Assembly: GCA_022571715.1 (NCBI GenBank)
Contig: JACZXH010000001.1
Coordinates: 4,116 to 68,115, forward strand
Direction of reading: 5' to 3'
Length of the DNA: 64,000 bases
Source of the DNA: Bacteroidota bacterium
GTDB lineage: Bacteria > Bacteroidota > Bacteroidia > Cytophagales > Cyclobacteriaceae
The position numbers and the translations under genes were made by a program. The notes under the pieces were generated by a model. It saw only the letters and a list, made by a program, of their open reading frames with translations. It did no database searches and was not told where the DNA came from. Within the stretch, counting starts at the first letter, position 1. Each line of letters opens with the position of its first letter. This document shows positions 18,434 through 29,460 of the stretch, piece after piece.

Positions 18434-19210
18434 TTATTCGCATACAATCTGACCTTTGTATTCCAGGCTTACTCTTCGGTAATAATTCCATCCTTTGAAT
18501 GGCAGTATTTTCTTATAAAAAATATTTAGTTTTCTGAACTTTATTTCTATGTCTTCCGGTAGCCCAAACTCAATTACCTGTTTGGTAACCTGCGGATACA
18601 TATTAATCTTACCATCTTCAGCAATCTCCAACTGCGAAATCTGGGCTTTCCAAAAAGGATCAGCATTAATAAATCTTATCAGATCGAAATAAGGCCGGTT
18701 CTGATCATCCATTGTAAGCGAGGCTGTTTTCACAAGGTGATCTGTAAACTCCCCGCTTACAAGCATTACCCGTGACGTAAACTTTTCTGATACCGGCAAT
18801 ATGGTGCCTTCTTCACCTATGTAGGCGTCGGGGGCATCCGGCCTTATGATCCGGGCAATCGGCCTGCGTTGCGCTGCAACTACAACCAGGTTGCCCATCA
18901 GGTCACGAAAAATCTGTGCATCACTAATAAACATTTCTGCCTCCAACCGTTTTTCAATACCCCTGAGATCCGGAAAATGTGGCATACTTCCCTTCTCCGG
19001 ATCCAATCCCATACCATTAATAATGGCTAACAGGTCATTCTCATCAATAAAATAGTTATTGAACTGGTTCGTGATCATAATTACTATTTTACCGTTAAAC
19101 CGGCCGTTCTGTTTCTTATCAGCAAATCCGATTGATACAAATACCAGTACAGTAGCCAGAAACCAGCCTGCTACGTTTATAATTCTATTATCCTGGATTA
19201 ATTTTATCAT
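18434..19210 (-). CDS. ftsQ: Cell division protein FtsQ
   Basis: Single N-terminal TM (VAGWFLATVLVFVSIGF) followed by a POTRA-like periplasmic domain. Conserved position between murC and ftsA, with a 4-nt overlap with murC. Confidence 0.75.
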   Translation of the reverse strand: MIKLIQDNRIINVAGWFLATVLVFVSIGFADKKQNGRFNGKIVIMITNQFNNYFIDENDLLAIINGMGLDPEKGSMPHFPDLRGIEKRLEAEMFISDAQIFRDLMGNLVVVAAQRRPIARIIRPDAPDAYIGEEGTILPVSEKFTSRVMLVSGEFTDHLVKTASLTMDDQNRPYFDLIRFINADPFWKAQISQLEIAEDGKINMYPQVTKQVIEFGLPEDIEIKFRKLNIFYKKILPFKGWNYYRRVSLEYKGQIVCE

Positions 19211-20583
19211 TCCGTTAACATTTGTTTAATGGGTTCCACTAACTGATCAATATCACCGGCGCCAAGTGTAGCCAGCACTTCCAGCTTGTCACGGTCAAGC
19301 GCCGGCAACACTTTTTCCCGTGACAAAAGCTTCTTATTCTCAGATTCGATATGCTCAAATATCAGCTTAGATGTTACGCCGGGAATGGGCTTTTCTCTTG
19401 CCGGGTAGATATCCAGAAGCAATATCTCGTCAGCTGCTGACAAGCTGCTGCCAAACCCGGCAGCAAAATCTCTTGTGCGTGAATATAAATGCGGCTGGAA
19501 TATGGCCGTAAGCCTTTTAGAGGGATATAATGCCCGCAACGAACCTAAACATGCATCTATCTCTACCGGGTGATGCGCATAGTCATCCACATATACCAGC
19601 TTACTGGTATTGATCACATATTCAAATCTTCTTTTTACCCCTCTGTATGTGGAAAGACCTTGTTTGATATCATCACCATTCAGGCCGGAATCGAGACATA
19701 CTTTAATGGCAGCCACTGCATTTTCCACATTATGATATCCTGGCTGGTGCAACTGAATATCACGTATAGATATTTCCGTATCAACAAAATCAAATATGAA
19801 TAACCCCTTTGTAATCCTGATATTTTCCGCGCGGTACATTCCGTTTTCCAATCCGTAGGTATATAAATTCTCCCGCCAGGCAATTCTATCCGTAAGCTTG
19901 TCGTTAATCAACACACGCCCACCCGTGCCGACTTTATCCACTAATTCATTAAATGAAATTTCAATGTTCCGGGTATTTTCATACACGTCCAGGTGGTCAG
20001 CATCCATAGATGTTACAACCACATAATCAGGTTGAAGCTGGAGAAATGACCGATCGAACTCGTCCGCCTCCAAAACCAAGATCATATCGTCAATTCCTGA
20101 GTGGTTAGTAATGAAATTCGTTTTGTAATTGGTAGATATACCCCCAAGCAAAGCAGTTACATTCCTGTTCGCATGCTTCAGAAGGTGAGTAATCATGGCA
20201 CTTGTGGTCGTTTTGCCATGAGTTCCAGATATCGCCACGGTATAAGCGGTTTCTGAGATCATTCCCAGCATTTCGGAACGCTTCAATACAGGAATATCCA
20301 ATGTCTTCAGGTAGTTAAACTCACTATGGTTATCCGGAATGGCAGCGGTATAAACCACACATCCTGTCCGGCTTGCTGTGATTACCTCATTGGGTATCAG
20401 AGTGACATCATCTGTATAGTGAATTGAAATCCCCTCTCCGGAAAGTTGATCCGTAAGTGCCGTACGCGTGCGGTCGTAACCGTACACTTTTACACCCCGG
20501 TTTTTAAACCACCGTGCCAGGGCGCTCATGCCAATGCCACCTATGCCAACAAAATACACAATATGTATATTTTCAATATTCAC
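19207..20583 (-). CDS. murC: UDP-N-acetylmuramate--L-alanine ligase
   Basis: FVGIGGIGMSALA N-terminal motif, Mur ligase P-loop ISGTHGKTTT, and dcw position. Confidence 0.95.
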   Translation of the reverse strand: MNIENIHIVYFVGIGGIGMSALARWFKNRGVKVYGYDRTRTALTDQLSGEGISIHYTDDVTLIPNEVITASRTGCVVYTAAIPDNHSEFNYLKTLDIPVLKRSEMLGMISETAYTVAISGTHGKTTTSAMITHLLKHANRNVTALLGGISTNYKTNFITNHSGIDDMILVLEADEFDRSFLQLQPDYVVVTSMDADHLDVYENTRNIEISFNELVDKVGTGGRVLINDKLTDRIAWRENLYTYGLENGMYRAENIRITKGLFIFDFVDTEISIRDIQLHQPGYHNVENAVAAIKVCLDSGLNGDDIKQGLSTYRGVKRRFEYVINTSKLVYVDDYAHHPVEIDACLGSLRALYPSKRLTAIFQPHLYSRTRDFAAGFGSSLSAADEILLLDIYPAREKPIPGVTSKLIFEHIESENKKLLSREKVLPALDRDKLEVLATLGAGDIDQLVEPIKQMLTE

Positions 20584-21716
20584 GTTTTATCCTTCTTATT
20601 TACTAATTTCAATATTTCCAGGGCAATATCTTTGGTGGCGTCCGGCCTACCAAGCAACGCAATATTTTCACTTAATACGGCTCTCCTGTCGCTATCATGA
20701 AGTAATGCCATAGCTACGCTTACCAGTTCCTTAACTGCATTTTTGTCTTCAACGATTAATGCGGCATCCTTTTCTGCAAGCGCGAGTGCGTTTTTGGTCT
20801 GATGATCTTCAGCCACATTTGGCGACGGAATAAAAATCACAGGTTTTTTTACGAGGCACAGCTCGGAGATCGACAGTGCACCGGATCTGGATATCACAAT
20901 ATCTGCCACGGCATATGCCAGGTCCATCCGGTCGATAAACTCCAGCAACCGGATGTTTTCGTCATCAAACCCTGCCATTCTTTCCTGCATTTCTTTATAA
21001 TAAAATTTTCCCGTTTGCCAAAGGATCTGTACACCAGACCTTATCCATTCTTTCATATTCCTCATCATGCTTTCATTTATAGTTCTTGCTCCACCGCTGC
21101 CACCAAGAACAAGTATGGTTTCCCTGAGCGGATCGAGCGAAAAACAGGTGTCGCCTTCATTTTTTTTGTCTGCGATTGTTAACATATCTTTTCGTACCGG
21201 ATTACCAGTAATCACAATTTTATCTTCCGGGAAATACCGTTCCATATGCGCATAGGAAACGCACACTTTATCCACTTTGTGGGCTACGGCTTTGTTTGCC
21301 ACACCTGCATAGGAGTTTTGCTCCTGTATCAGTGTTTTAATCCCCTTACGTGTGGCCGCAAGCATTACAGGGCTACTGGCATAGCCGCCAAAACCGGCAA
21401 CCACATCTGGTTTAAATGCGTTTAGCAGCCTCATTGATTTCAGTACACTGTGGATTACCTTGATCGGAAACAGCAGGTTTGATAGCGTAAATCTGCGCTG
21501 AAAACCACTGATCCATAAGCCTTTTATTTCAAATCCGGCCTCCGGTACCCTGGTCATCTCCATCTTTCCGCGGGCGCCTACAAAAAGTACTTCTGCGTCC
21601 GGAACCATCTCCATGATTTTACCAGCTACAGCAATAGCCGGATATACGTGCCCTCCGGTGCCTCCGCCGCTGAAAATCAGCCTGACATTTCGCCTGTATG
21701 TTTCGTTATCTTTCAA
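20580..21716 (-). CDS. murG: Undecaprenyldiphospho-muramoylpentapeptide beta-N-acetylglucosaminyltransferase
   Basis: GGGTGGHVYPAIAV motif, GT28 architecture, and dcw position. Confidence 0.95.
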   Translation of the reverse strand: MKDNETYRRNVRLIFSGGGTGGHVYPAIAVAGKIMEMVPDAEVLFVGARGKMEMTRVPEAGFEIKGLWISGFQRRFTLSNLLFPIKVIHSVLKSMRLLNAFKPDVVAGFGGYASSPVMLAATRKGIKTLIQEQNSYAGVANKAVAHKVDKVCVSYAHMERYFPEDKIVITGNPVRKDMLTIADKKNEGDTCFSLDPLRETILVLGGSGGARTINESMMRNMKEWIRSGVQILWQTGKFYYKEMQERMAGFDDENIRLLEFIDRMDLAYAVADIVISRSGALSISELCLVKKPVIFIPSPNVAEDHQTKNALALAEKDAALIVEDKNAVKELVSVAMALLHDSDRRAVLSENIALLGRPDATKDIALEILKLVNKKDKT

Positions 21717-21731
21717 TTTCTTTTTAGAATA

Positions 21732-22883
21732 CTAAGCAGCTTTTGCTATGTTTTTAATTCCTCCTGCATTCTGGTCCCATGTGTAATCCACCTCTCCTCT
21801 TGCTACACTTTGTATAATCCCGAGGGATATTCCCGTAAAAAACAAAGAAGTACCACCCATACTTAACATTGGTAAGGACATCCCGGTAATCGGTCCCAGT
21901 CCCACCACTACGGCCATATTCACCATGGCCTGAATCACGATCGCAAAACTCAGCCCTGCCGACAAAAGTCCGCCAAAAGCGTGCTCGCTGTTGGATGCAG
22001 CCCGCATGCCCCGGTAAAGCAGCACGAGATATAGTATCAGGATAACGATACCACCCACCATGCCATACTCTTCGATAATAATGGCATATACAAAATCGGA
22101 ATACGGGTGTGGAAGAAAATTGCGCTGGCTGCTTTTGCCAGGGCCCTTTCCAACAACCCCTCCAGTAGCAATTGCAATGTGCGCCTGCTCAGCCTGAAAA
22201 GGCATCTCCGTCTTATCCAGAAAACTTGCAATCCGATTTTTCGCCGTTTCAGCACGCTGACCGAACGACATGGCTACAGCGCCAACCATAAAACCCACAA
22301 TGACAAGCATGGCCAGATATTTTACCGGAACCCGGCCGATAAACATTACCAGCATGCAGGTAGCAAACAACAAGGCAGCCGTGGAGATGTCTGTCATAGC
22401 AATCAAGCCGCAGATTATACCGATCCATATCAATATCGGGATCAGCGATTCGCGTATGTCTCCAATATTTTGCTGCCTCTTAGCCAGCATGCTGGCCAGG
22501 CTTGCAATAAGCGCCAGCTTCGCCAAGTCAGAGGGCTGGAATACTTGCTTGATCACTGGTATGGTAATCCAGCGTGATGCTTCATTTATTGTTGTACCTG
22601 ACTGCCAGGCAAACAACAGCAACGGTACCGATACCAGTAAAGCAAACCGGCTTAATCTGGAGTAATACCGGTAGTCAATTTTATGTGCAACCCACATGGC
22701 AAACAGGCTTAGCACCACCAGGGCAGTGTGCTTGATCAGGTAAATTTCTACCACTTCCATATTTCGGTAAGCCAAGGATCCCACCGCACTGTACACCACC
22801 AGAATACTCAGGATAGACAGTACCATAACAATAACCCAGATAACCGGATCGCCCTGTAAATTTTTTTCAGCCCATTCTTTCAT
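21732..22883 (-). CDS. ftsW: Peptidoglycan glycosyltransferase FtsW (SEDS family)
   Basis: A polytopic membrane protein of FtsW/RodA/SpoVE type (..FQPSDLAKLALI.., ..LPHPYSDFVYAIIIEEYG..), located between murD and murG. Confidence 0.9.
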   Translation of the reverse strand: MKEWAEKNLQGDPVIWVIVMVLSILSILVVYSAVGSLAYRNMEVVEIYLIKHTALVVLSLFAMWVAHKIDYRYYSRLSRFALLVSVPLLLFAWQSGTTINEASRWITIPVIKQVFQPSDLAKLALIASLASMLAKRQQNIGDIRESLIPILIWIGIICGLIAMTDISTAALLFATCMLVMFIGRVPVKYLAMLVIVGFMVGAVAMSFGQRAETAKNRIASFLDKTEMPFQAEQAHIAIATGGVVGKGPGKSSQRNFLPHPYSDFVYAIIIEEYGMVGGIVILILYLVLLYRGMRAASNSEHAFGGLLSAGLSFAIVIQAMVNMAVVVGLGPITGMSLPMLSMGGTSLFFTGISLGIIQSVARGEVDYTWDQNAGGIKNIAKAA

Positions 22884-22966
22884 TGATACATTTATTTAGT
22901 GTCTGTCTATCAAATCCGTAATTAACATCATTACTTTATAGAATGACTTTATTAAGCCCATTTGTC

Positions 22967-24313
22967 TTATTGAATCAATTCCACTTTATTTTTAAGCTCA
23001 CGGACAGCCTCCCTGAACTGGTTGCCCCGATCTTCATAATTTTTAAACAGGTCAAAGCTTGCACAGGCAGGTGAGAGTAACACCACATCGTTTTTCTGCG
23101 AATATTCGTATGCTTTCCTTGCCGCCTCTTTGATGTTATCCGTTTCGAATATTTTCTCAATTACATCCTGAAATGCTTCCCTGAGCTTACTATTATCAAC
23201 TCCCAGACATATCAGCGATTGCACCTTTTTTTCTACCAGTGGCCTGAGCTTGTCATAGTTATTACCTTTATCTATTCCACCGGCAATCCATGTTAAAGGG
23301 TTGTCATAAGTGTCAAGGGCGTAATACACTGACGCTACATTGGTAGCCTTGGAGTCATTTATAAACAGTACTCCGTTTATAGTGTCAATGAGTTCCAATC
23401 TGTGCGGGGCATTTTGGTAGGATTTCAGACCTTCGATAACCTTTCCGGCATCTGCACCCAGATCCAGCACTGCTGTAACCGAACACATTACATTGATAAA
23501 ATTATGTTTGCCTTTCAAAGGAATATCCGATATGGACACCTGAAGTTCTCCGATTTGGAGATGCAGTTCACGTACCGAGGCAAACGCATGCGGAGTTTTA
23601 ATTGACACACTCTGTGTGATAAACCGAGTTTCTGATTTCTTCAATCCCGACAAAATCACTTCGTCATCCTGCAGGTAAATTAAATAATCGGCCTGTTCCA
23701 GATTTTGTATTATCCGGAATTTAGACGCTGCATACCTGTCGAAGTCATAGTCATACCGGTCCAGATGGTCGGGGGTAATGTTCAGCAAGATTGAAACTTT
23801 GGGATGAAATGAATGCATCCCGTCAAGCTGGAAGCTCGATAACTCCACAACATACCATTCTTTATCATCCACAATCACCTGCCGTGCCAGACTGTCGCCT
23901 ATATTTCCTGCTATCCCTACATCAAAACCTGCAGTTTTAAGCAGATGATACGTCAACCGTGTGGTTGTAGTCTTTCCGTTAGTACCGGTAATGGCAATGA
24001 ATTTTGCACGGGTGTGCATACTGGCAAATTCGATTTCAGAAATAACCGGGATCTGCCTTTCTTTGGCTTCCGATACAACGCCGGCGTTTTCGGGAATACC
24101 CGGACTCTTTACGATCATATCAGCTTTATGAATTTCCGCATATGAATGCACTCCTTGTTCATACCGTATATGATACTTTTCAATATCTTTCAGATACTTG
24201 TCAGCAATCGCACCGGAATCCGAAACAAAAACATCGTAACCACGGGATTTTGCTAACAGTGCAGCTCCTGTTCCACTTTCTCCTGCTCCCAAAATGACGA
24301 TGTATTTATGCAT
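22967..24313 (-). CDS. murD: UDP-N-acetylmuramoylalanine--D-glutamate ligase
   Basis: N-terminal Rossmann ILGAGESGTGAA, P-loop [11 protein letters not shown], and dcw position. Confidence 0.95.
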   Translation of the reverse strand: MHKYIVILGAGESGTGAALLAKSRGYDVFVSDSGAIADKYLKDIEKYHIRYEQGVHSYAEIHKADMIVKSPGIPENAGVVSEAKERQIPVISEIEFASMHTRAKFIAITGTNGKTTTTRLTYHLLKTAGFDVGIAGNIGDSLARQVIVDDKEWYVVELSSFQLDGMHSFHPKVSILLNITPDHLDRYDYDFDRYAASKFRIIQNLEQADYLIYLQDDEVILSGLKKSETRFITQSVSIKTPHAFASVRELHLQIGELQVSISDIPLKGKHNFINVMCSVTAVLDLGADAGKVIEGLKSYQNAPHRLELIDTINGVLFINDSKATNVASVYYALDTYDNPLTWIAGGIDKGNNYDKLRPLVEKKVQSLICLGVDNSKLREAFQDVIEKIFETDNIKEAARKAYEYSQKNDVVLLSPACASFDLFKNYEDRGNQFREAVRELKNKVELIQ

Positions 24314-24323
24314 AGCGATTACT

Positions 24324-25532
24324 TTATCTCAGTTTAAGTGTTGCTAATGTTAAAATGGCTAGTAAAATGCCGCTTATCCAGAAACGAATTACAATTTTGG
24401 CTTCGTGGAAGCCTTTCATCTGGTAATGATGATGCAACGGTGACATCAGAAATATTCTCCTACCTTCGCCATATTTTTTACGGGTATATTTAAAGTATCC
24501 GACCTGAATGATCACCGAAAGGCTTTCGATCAGGAAAATGCCACAAAGAATTGGTATCAGCAGTTCTTTTCGAATTGCGAAGGACAATACGGCGATAATA
24601 CCGCCAAGGGTAAGGCTGCCCGTATCTCCCATAAATACCTGCGCAGGATAGGCATTGAACCAGATAAAGCCAATGCAAGCCCCTACCAGCGCCACGCTGA
24701 AAATTACGAGTTCACCCGTATTGGGAATGTACATGATGTTCAGGTACTGACTGAAATCAACCCGTCCAGATACATACGCCAACACAGCCAATGTGAGAAC
24801 AATAATGGCCGAAGTGCCTGCAGTCAGGCCGTCCAGTCCATCCGTAATGTTTGCGCCATTTGATACGGCTGTCACGATAAATATCACTATGAGGGTATAA
24901 ACCACCCACGTATAATCTGGTCCTAAAAATGAGATTTCCTTGTAATCCGCCTCGTTGTTTTTTACAAAAGGAATGGTAGTGATGGTGGATTTAACGTCTT
25001 CAAACTGAGGTATTACCTCGCCGGTTTCTTCGATTACTACAGAGCCTGAAAACTGCCTGACAACCACATCTTCATGAAAATAAAGTGTAAGACCTACAAT
25101 AAGCCCAAGTCCTACCTGGCCAATAATTTTTGACCAGCCGGCAAGCCCTTTTTTGTTTTTCTTAAATACTTTGATGTAATCGTCCAGAAAACCGATGATA
25201 CCCATCCATAACGTGCTCACCAGAAGTAAAATGATATAAATATTGTCAAGCTGAGCCAGCAGCAAAGTTGGTATGACGATGGCCAGGATAATAATCACAC
25301 CACCCATTGTGGGCGTGCCTTTCTTCTGCATCTGCCCTTCCAGTCCGAGGTCACGTACATCTTCCCCGATTTGATTTTTCTGCAGCTTCTTGATCATGCT
25401 TTTTCCTAATAAAACGGTGATCAGTAGTGAAAAAATCATAGCCATACCCGACCTGAAGGAGATGTATTGCCAAACACCGGCTCCTATCAAATCAAATTCT
25501 CTGTCTAGATAATCAAACAAGTAGTACAGCAT
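24324..25532 (-). CDS. mraY: Phospho-N-acetylmuramoyl-pentapeptide transferase
   Basis: A polytopic membrane protein with MraY motifs [21 protein letters not shown] and FMGDTGSL. Confidence 0.95.
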   Translation of the reverse strand: MLYYLFDYLDREFDLIGAGVWQYISFRSGMAMIFSLLITVLLGKSMIKKLQKNQIGEDVRDLGLEGQMQKKGTPTMGGVIIILAIVIPTLLLAQLDNIYIILLLVSTLWMGIIGFLDDYIKVFKKNKKGLAGWSKIIGQVGLGLIVGLTLYFHEDVVVRQFSGSVVIEETGEVIPQFEDVKSTITTIPFVKNNEADYKEISFLGPDYTWVVYTLIVIFIVTAVSNGANITDGLDGLTAGTSAIIVLTLAVLAYVSGRVDFSQYLNIMYIPNTGELVIFSVALVGACIGFIWFNAYPAQVFMGDTGSLTLGGIIAVLSFAIRKELLIPILCGIFLIESLSVIIQVGYFKYTRKKYGEGRRIFLMSPLHHHYQMKGFHEAKIVIRFWISGILLAILTLATLKLR

Positions 25533-25540
25533 ATTTATAC

Positions 25541-27013
25541 TTAATGCCTTGTTAAGTTGAGCATTTTGCCCAGCACGTCTTTATCGTTAAAAGGATGCTT
25601 CGCACCTTTTATTTCCTGGTAATTTTCATGTCCTTTTCCTGCAACAAGAATAATATCACCGTTACCGGCAAGCATGCATGCAGTCTTAATGGCCTCTTCT
25701 CTGTCCACCATTGAAAGTGTTTTCTTAAAGTCTATCGGACCGACTCCTTTCTGCATATCGCGAATAATTGTTTCCGGATCTTCGCTACGCGGATTGTCCG
25801 AAGTCAGGATCACTTTATCGCTGTATTTGCAGGCAACAGAAGCCATTAGTGGTCTTTTCTCTTTATCGCGATCACCACCGCATCCTACAACTACGATTAC
25901 CTTTTCGTTACCTGTCCGGATTGACTTTATGGTTTGAAGTACATTTTTCAGGGCATCAGGTGTGTGGGCATAATCCACAATTGCTGTTATGTCAGATCCA
26001 GACCTGATTTGTTCAAATCTTCCTGATGCTGCATCCATTTCCGAAATCGCTGTTAAAACATCCTCCCCGTTTTCACCGAATTCAACTGCTACACCATAAA
26101 CTGCCAATATATTGTAAGCATTAAAAGTACCGATAAGCTTAAACCAAACTTCTTTGTCATTAATATTCATTTCGAGCCCCTGAAATGTGTTTGAAATTAC
26201 TTTTGCTTTATAATCCGAAACATTTTTAAGGCTGAATGTTATTTTCCGTGCTTTGGTATTCTGCAACATGGTCTTCCCCTGTTTGTCATCTATATTTACC
26301 AGCGCAAAGGCATATTTTGAAAGCCCGTTGAAAAAGGTATTTTTGGTTCTTATATATTCTTCAAATGAGCCGTGATAGTCAAGATGTTCGTGTGTAATGT
26401 TGGTAAAAATACCTCCGTCAAAGTCCAGTCCGGTAATGCGGTTCTGCGAAATAGCATGGCTACTTACTTCCATAAAGCAATGGGTACAACCCGCTTGTAC
26501 CATACTGGCCAAAAGCTTGTTGATTTGAAGTGCATCAGGAGTTGTATATGTTGATTCGATTACCTCTTCACCGATCCGGATGACGACGGTAGATATAAGG
26601 CCCGTTTTATATCCAAGCTTATGAAAAACACCGTGCAGCAGGGAAACCACAGTGGTCTTTCCATTTGTGCCTGTAACTCCCAAAAGTTTTAATTTTGAAG
26701 ACGGGTTGTCATAAAAATTAGAGGCCACAATACTCAGCGCTATGGACGAATAATCTACTTTAACATAGGTCACATTTTTTTCCAGCTTAGCCGGGAAGTA
26801 TTCACATATAACCGAAGTAGCGCCAAAGCTGGTTGCGTCCTGCATGAAATGATGACCGTCATAACGGGTACCAGGTATGGCAATAAACAAATCACCTTTG
26901 GCTACATCATTGCTGTTGAAAGCGATGCGTTTTACTTCCTGATCCATATTGCCCGACACCTCCAGCAACTTCACTGTATATAATATGTCTTTCAGTACAG
27001 CCATACTAACCAA
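25541..27013 (-). CDS. murE: UDP-N-acetylmuramoyl-L-alanyl-D-glutamate--2,6-diaminopimelate ligase
   Basis: Mur ligase P-loop [10 protein letters not shown] and a C-terminal DNPR-type motif (SDNPRSEDP) typical of MurE. It overlaps ftsI by 8 nt. Confidence 0.93.
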   Translation of the reverse strand: MVSMAVLKDILYTVKLLEVSGNMDQEVKRIAFNSNDVAKGDLFIAIPGTRYDGHHFMQDATSFGATSVICEYFPAKLEKNVTYVKVDYSSIALSIVASNFYDNPSSKLKLLGVTGTNGKTTVVSLLHGVFHKLGYKTGLISTVVIRIGEEVIESTYTTPDALQINKLLASMVQAGCTHCFMEVSSHAISQNRITGLDFDGGIFTNITHEHLDYHGSFEEYIRTKNTFFNGLSKYAFALVNIDDKQGKTMLQNTKARKITFSLKNVSDYKAKVISNTFQGLEMNINDKEVWFKLIGTFNAYNILAVYGVAVEFGENGEDVLTAISEMDAASGRFEQIRSGSDITAIVDYAHTPDALKNVLQTIKSIRTGNEKVIVVVGCGGDRDKEKRPLMASVACKYSDKVILTSDNPRSEDPETIIRDMQKGVGPIDFKKTLSMVDREEAIKTACMLAGNGDIILVAGKGHENYQEIKGAKHPFNDKDVLGKMLNLTRH

Positions 27014-29096
27014 GTTTCAATGTTACACTGGCATGTTTTATTAATGATTTACCCGGTGCGAGTGATTGTTTTATTACTCTGCCAATACCAATATATTGAA
27101 TTTCGATGCCCCTGTTTTCAAGCAGGAATACCGCATCACGTAACGTCATTCCCATTACATCGGGCATCAGATTCGAGAATGCTTTGTTAGGCCTCCAGTC
27201 AATAGAATTATTGTTTATCTTCGATTTTACCCATTCTTCATCACTTAAGGCATGATTAGATATGCCCATATCATTGCAAATCAGCTTTAGATCATTCACG
27301 TTGCCTGAACGGATTACCGGGAAAATACCCTTTTCAGGGATAATGTCATCCTCCAGCGATTTGTGCATTTTTATATTACGTACGTATATTTTATCTGAAA
27401 TTTCTCTAAACACAGGTGCGGCAACATTACTTCCGTATTTATAGATTCCACGCGGGTTTTCGATGACCACGATACAGCTATACATGGGATCATCTGCAGG
27501 GAAATATCCTACAAAGGAAGTATAGTATTCGTCGATGTATTTTCCGTTTTTGAATGTAACTGCGGTGCCAGTTTTACCGGCAATTTTGTAATTCGGAGTG
27601 TAAATATTTTTAGCGGTTCCGTTTTCAACTGCCCCTATAAGAATTTCTTTTAGTTTTTCGAGGGTTGGCTCAGAGCACATTTTTTTAGTAAGTACATCGG
27701 AATTAAAACTGCGTAGCTCTTTGTCAGCATTATACAATTTCTTCACAATCACCGGTTTGATCATAACTCCATCGTTTGCAACACCGTTATAAAGTACCAG
27801 TGTTTGCAATGGTGTAACCTCAAGGCCATATCCGTGTGCCATCCAGGGCAGGGTAATACCACTCCAATCTTCCGGTTTCTTGATTTTGGGTATACCCTCC
27901 CCCTGCATTTGAAAGCCAAGTGGACGTGTAAGGCCAAGATCCTCGATATACTTGTAAAATTTTTCGGGCTTCAGACCAAAATACTTGTCGGCAAGTTTGG
28001 CCATAGCCACATTTGAAGAAAGTTCGAATGCCTGGCGTACCGTGATGGTACCAAAGCCACCCTCATGATGATCTTTCACCTCGTTATCATAGATCTTCAA
28101 TCTCCCATTCCCGGTAGCTATGGTATCACTAAGTTGAATGTTGCTTTCTTCAAAAAGGGCAATCATGGTCACAAGCTTAAAAGTAGAACCGGGCTCTCTT
28201 AACCCGTGGCCCCCGACAGCATAATTGTACCGTTCACCATATTTGCCATTCGAATATTTACTTAAATTTGAAATTGCCTTTATCTCTCCGGTTTTCACTT
28301 CCATCACCACTACACTTCCGTAGTCCGCATTATGTTTTTCCAGCGCCCGGAGCAACGCGGCTTCCGTAACATCCTGCAGGTTTACATCGATCGTAGTTTC
28401 AAGGTCGTAGCCATCTACAGGCCTTACCTCACTGCCGTCAAACACAGGTTTCCAGTTTCCTCCGGCAACCTTCTGGTACAAAGCCTTGCCATCGCGTCCG
28501 GCAAGCGCGTGGTTGAAGCTGTATTCCAGACCTGCGCCTTGACCGTTCATATTGATATACCCTATGGTCCGGTTTGCGAGATAGGTAAAAGGCAGGAAAC
28601 GCTTTTCTGATTTCTCAAAAATCACACCTCCTTTAATCCTTCCTTCACGGAAAACAGGCCATGAAGACATTTCTTTTTTTTGCTGAAAATTGATCAATTT
28701 GCGATTCAGAATAAGATACTTTTTACCTGACAGACGGGCATCGTTGATCCTTCTTTTATATTCTTTGGCGCTTTTATCTTTATATTTCTGTGAAAGAAGC
28801 AGGCACAAAGAATCAATCCCTGCTTTATAATGATTTTCGGAAGCCCTGGAGGGATCAAATGCCACTCTGTAAAATGGCAGTGATGTGGCCAGTAAACTGC
28901 CGTTATCGGACAAGATGTTCCCTCTCGTTGCTTTTACCGTACGATACTGCAGGCCTATTCTCTCTGCCATGGAGATCCATTTGTCCCCCTGAACAACCTG
29001 TATATCCACGATCTTGTAAATAATAACAAGGCCAAACAGGAATACAAAAATAAATGCAACCCGTACGCGCAGTAATATGGAATTTTTAATATTCAT
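27006..29096 (-). CDS. ftsI: Division-specific class B penicillin-binding protein (FtsI/PBP3) with C-terminal PASTA domain
   Basis: N-terminal TM. Transpeptidase motifs STFK (GSTFKLV), SSN (ELSSNVA) and KTGT (AGKTGTA). The C-terminal 60 aa, PDVMGMTLRDAVFLLENRGIEIQYIGIGRVIKQSLAPGKSL..VTLKL, fit PASTA. Confidence 0.92.
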   Translation of the reverse strand: MNIKNSILLRVRVAFIFVFLFGLVIIYKIVDIQVVQGDKWISMAERIGLQYRTVKATRGNILSDNGSLLATSLPFYRVAFDPSRASENHYKAGIDSLCLLLSQKYKDKSAKEYKRRINDARLSGKKYLILNRKLINFQQKKEMSSWPVFREGRIKGGVIFEKSEKRFLPFTYLANRTIGYINMNGQGAGLEYSFNHALAGRDGKALYQKVAGGNWKPVFDGSEVRPVDGYDLETTIDVNLQDVTEAALLRALEKHNADYGSVVVMEVKTGEIKAISNLSKYSNGKYGERYNYAVGGHGLREPGSTFKLVTMIALFEESNIQLSDTIATGNGRLKIYDNEVKDHHEGGFGTITVRQAFELSSNVAMAKLADKYFGLKPEKFYKYIEDLGLTRPLGFQMQGEGIPKIKKPEDWSGITLPWMAHGYGLEVTPLQTLVLYNGVANDGVMIKPVIVKKLYNADKELRSFNSDVLTKKMCSEPTLEKLKEILIGAVENGTAKNIYTPNYKIAGKTGTAVTFKNGKYIDEYYTSFVGYFPADDPMYSCIVVIENPRGIYKYGSNVAAPVFREISDKIYVRNIKMHKSLEDDIIPEKGIFPVIRSGNVNDLKLICNDMGISNHALSDEEWVKSKINNNSIDWRPNKAFSNLMPDVMGMTLRDAVFLLENRGIEIQYIGIGRVIKQSLAPGKSLIKHASVTLKLG

Positions 29097-29460
29097 CTTT
29101 GTTTAAAACAATTTTATAAGGAGGCGATTTACTTTCCACAAGTCCTTGAGACCTCACCTTTTTTGCAACTTCAGATTGCAACCTTGCATACATGTATTCC
29201 GCCTTCAGCGTGGTGTAGTCCGCACGCATATCTTCGACCTCAATCTGCAGTTTATTAACTTTACGTTGTGTTGATTCGGCATAATGTGTGTTACCTACAT
29301 AAACTACGCCGAGTAAAGTAAAAAATATCATGTGCGGAATATATTTTACAGGCACTGCCTGGTTAAAAGTGATACCTATTTGCAATTGCTCGATCCACCG
29401 GAAAATAGATTTTCTCCTGTGCTTTTGTTCACCGATTTTGTATGTATTCTCTGCCATCAT
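29086..29460 (-). CDS. ftsL: FtsL-like cell division protein
   Basis: A small bitopic protein (TM HMIFFTLLGVVYVGN) with a coiled-coil-like segment. Conserved slot between rsmH and ftsI, with a TAATG overlap with rsmH. Confidence 0.65.
   Translation of the reverse strand: MMAENTYKIGEQKHRRKSIFRWIEQLQIGITFNQAVPVKYIPHMIFFTLLGVVYVGNTHYAESTQRKVNKLQIEVEDMRADYTTLKAEYMYARLQSEVAKKVRSQGLVESKSPPYKIVLNKDEY

Noticed and set aside
17491-18529. Plus-strand ORFs (77-153 aa) overlapping ftsA and the ftsA/ftsQ junction.
   Set aside because: They are antisense shadow ORFs with no recognisable motifs. ftsA and ftsQ fully explain the region.
22107-22665. Plus-strand ORFs of 156 and 131 aa inside ftsW.
   Set aside because: They are antisense to a polytopic membrane-protein gene. 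Such genes commonly generate long spurious reverse ORFs, and these show no domain signatures.
24324-27013. Absence of murF between murE and mraY (and of ddl before ftsQ).
   Set aside because: I considered a deletion. However, the murE stop and mraY start are only 8 nt apart with no remnant, and a murF-less dcw order is, to my knowledge, normal for Bacteroidota.
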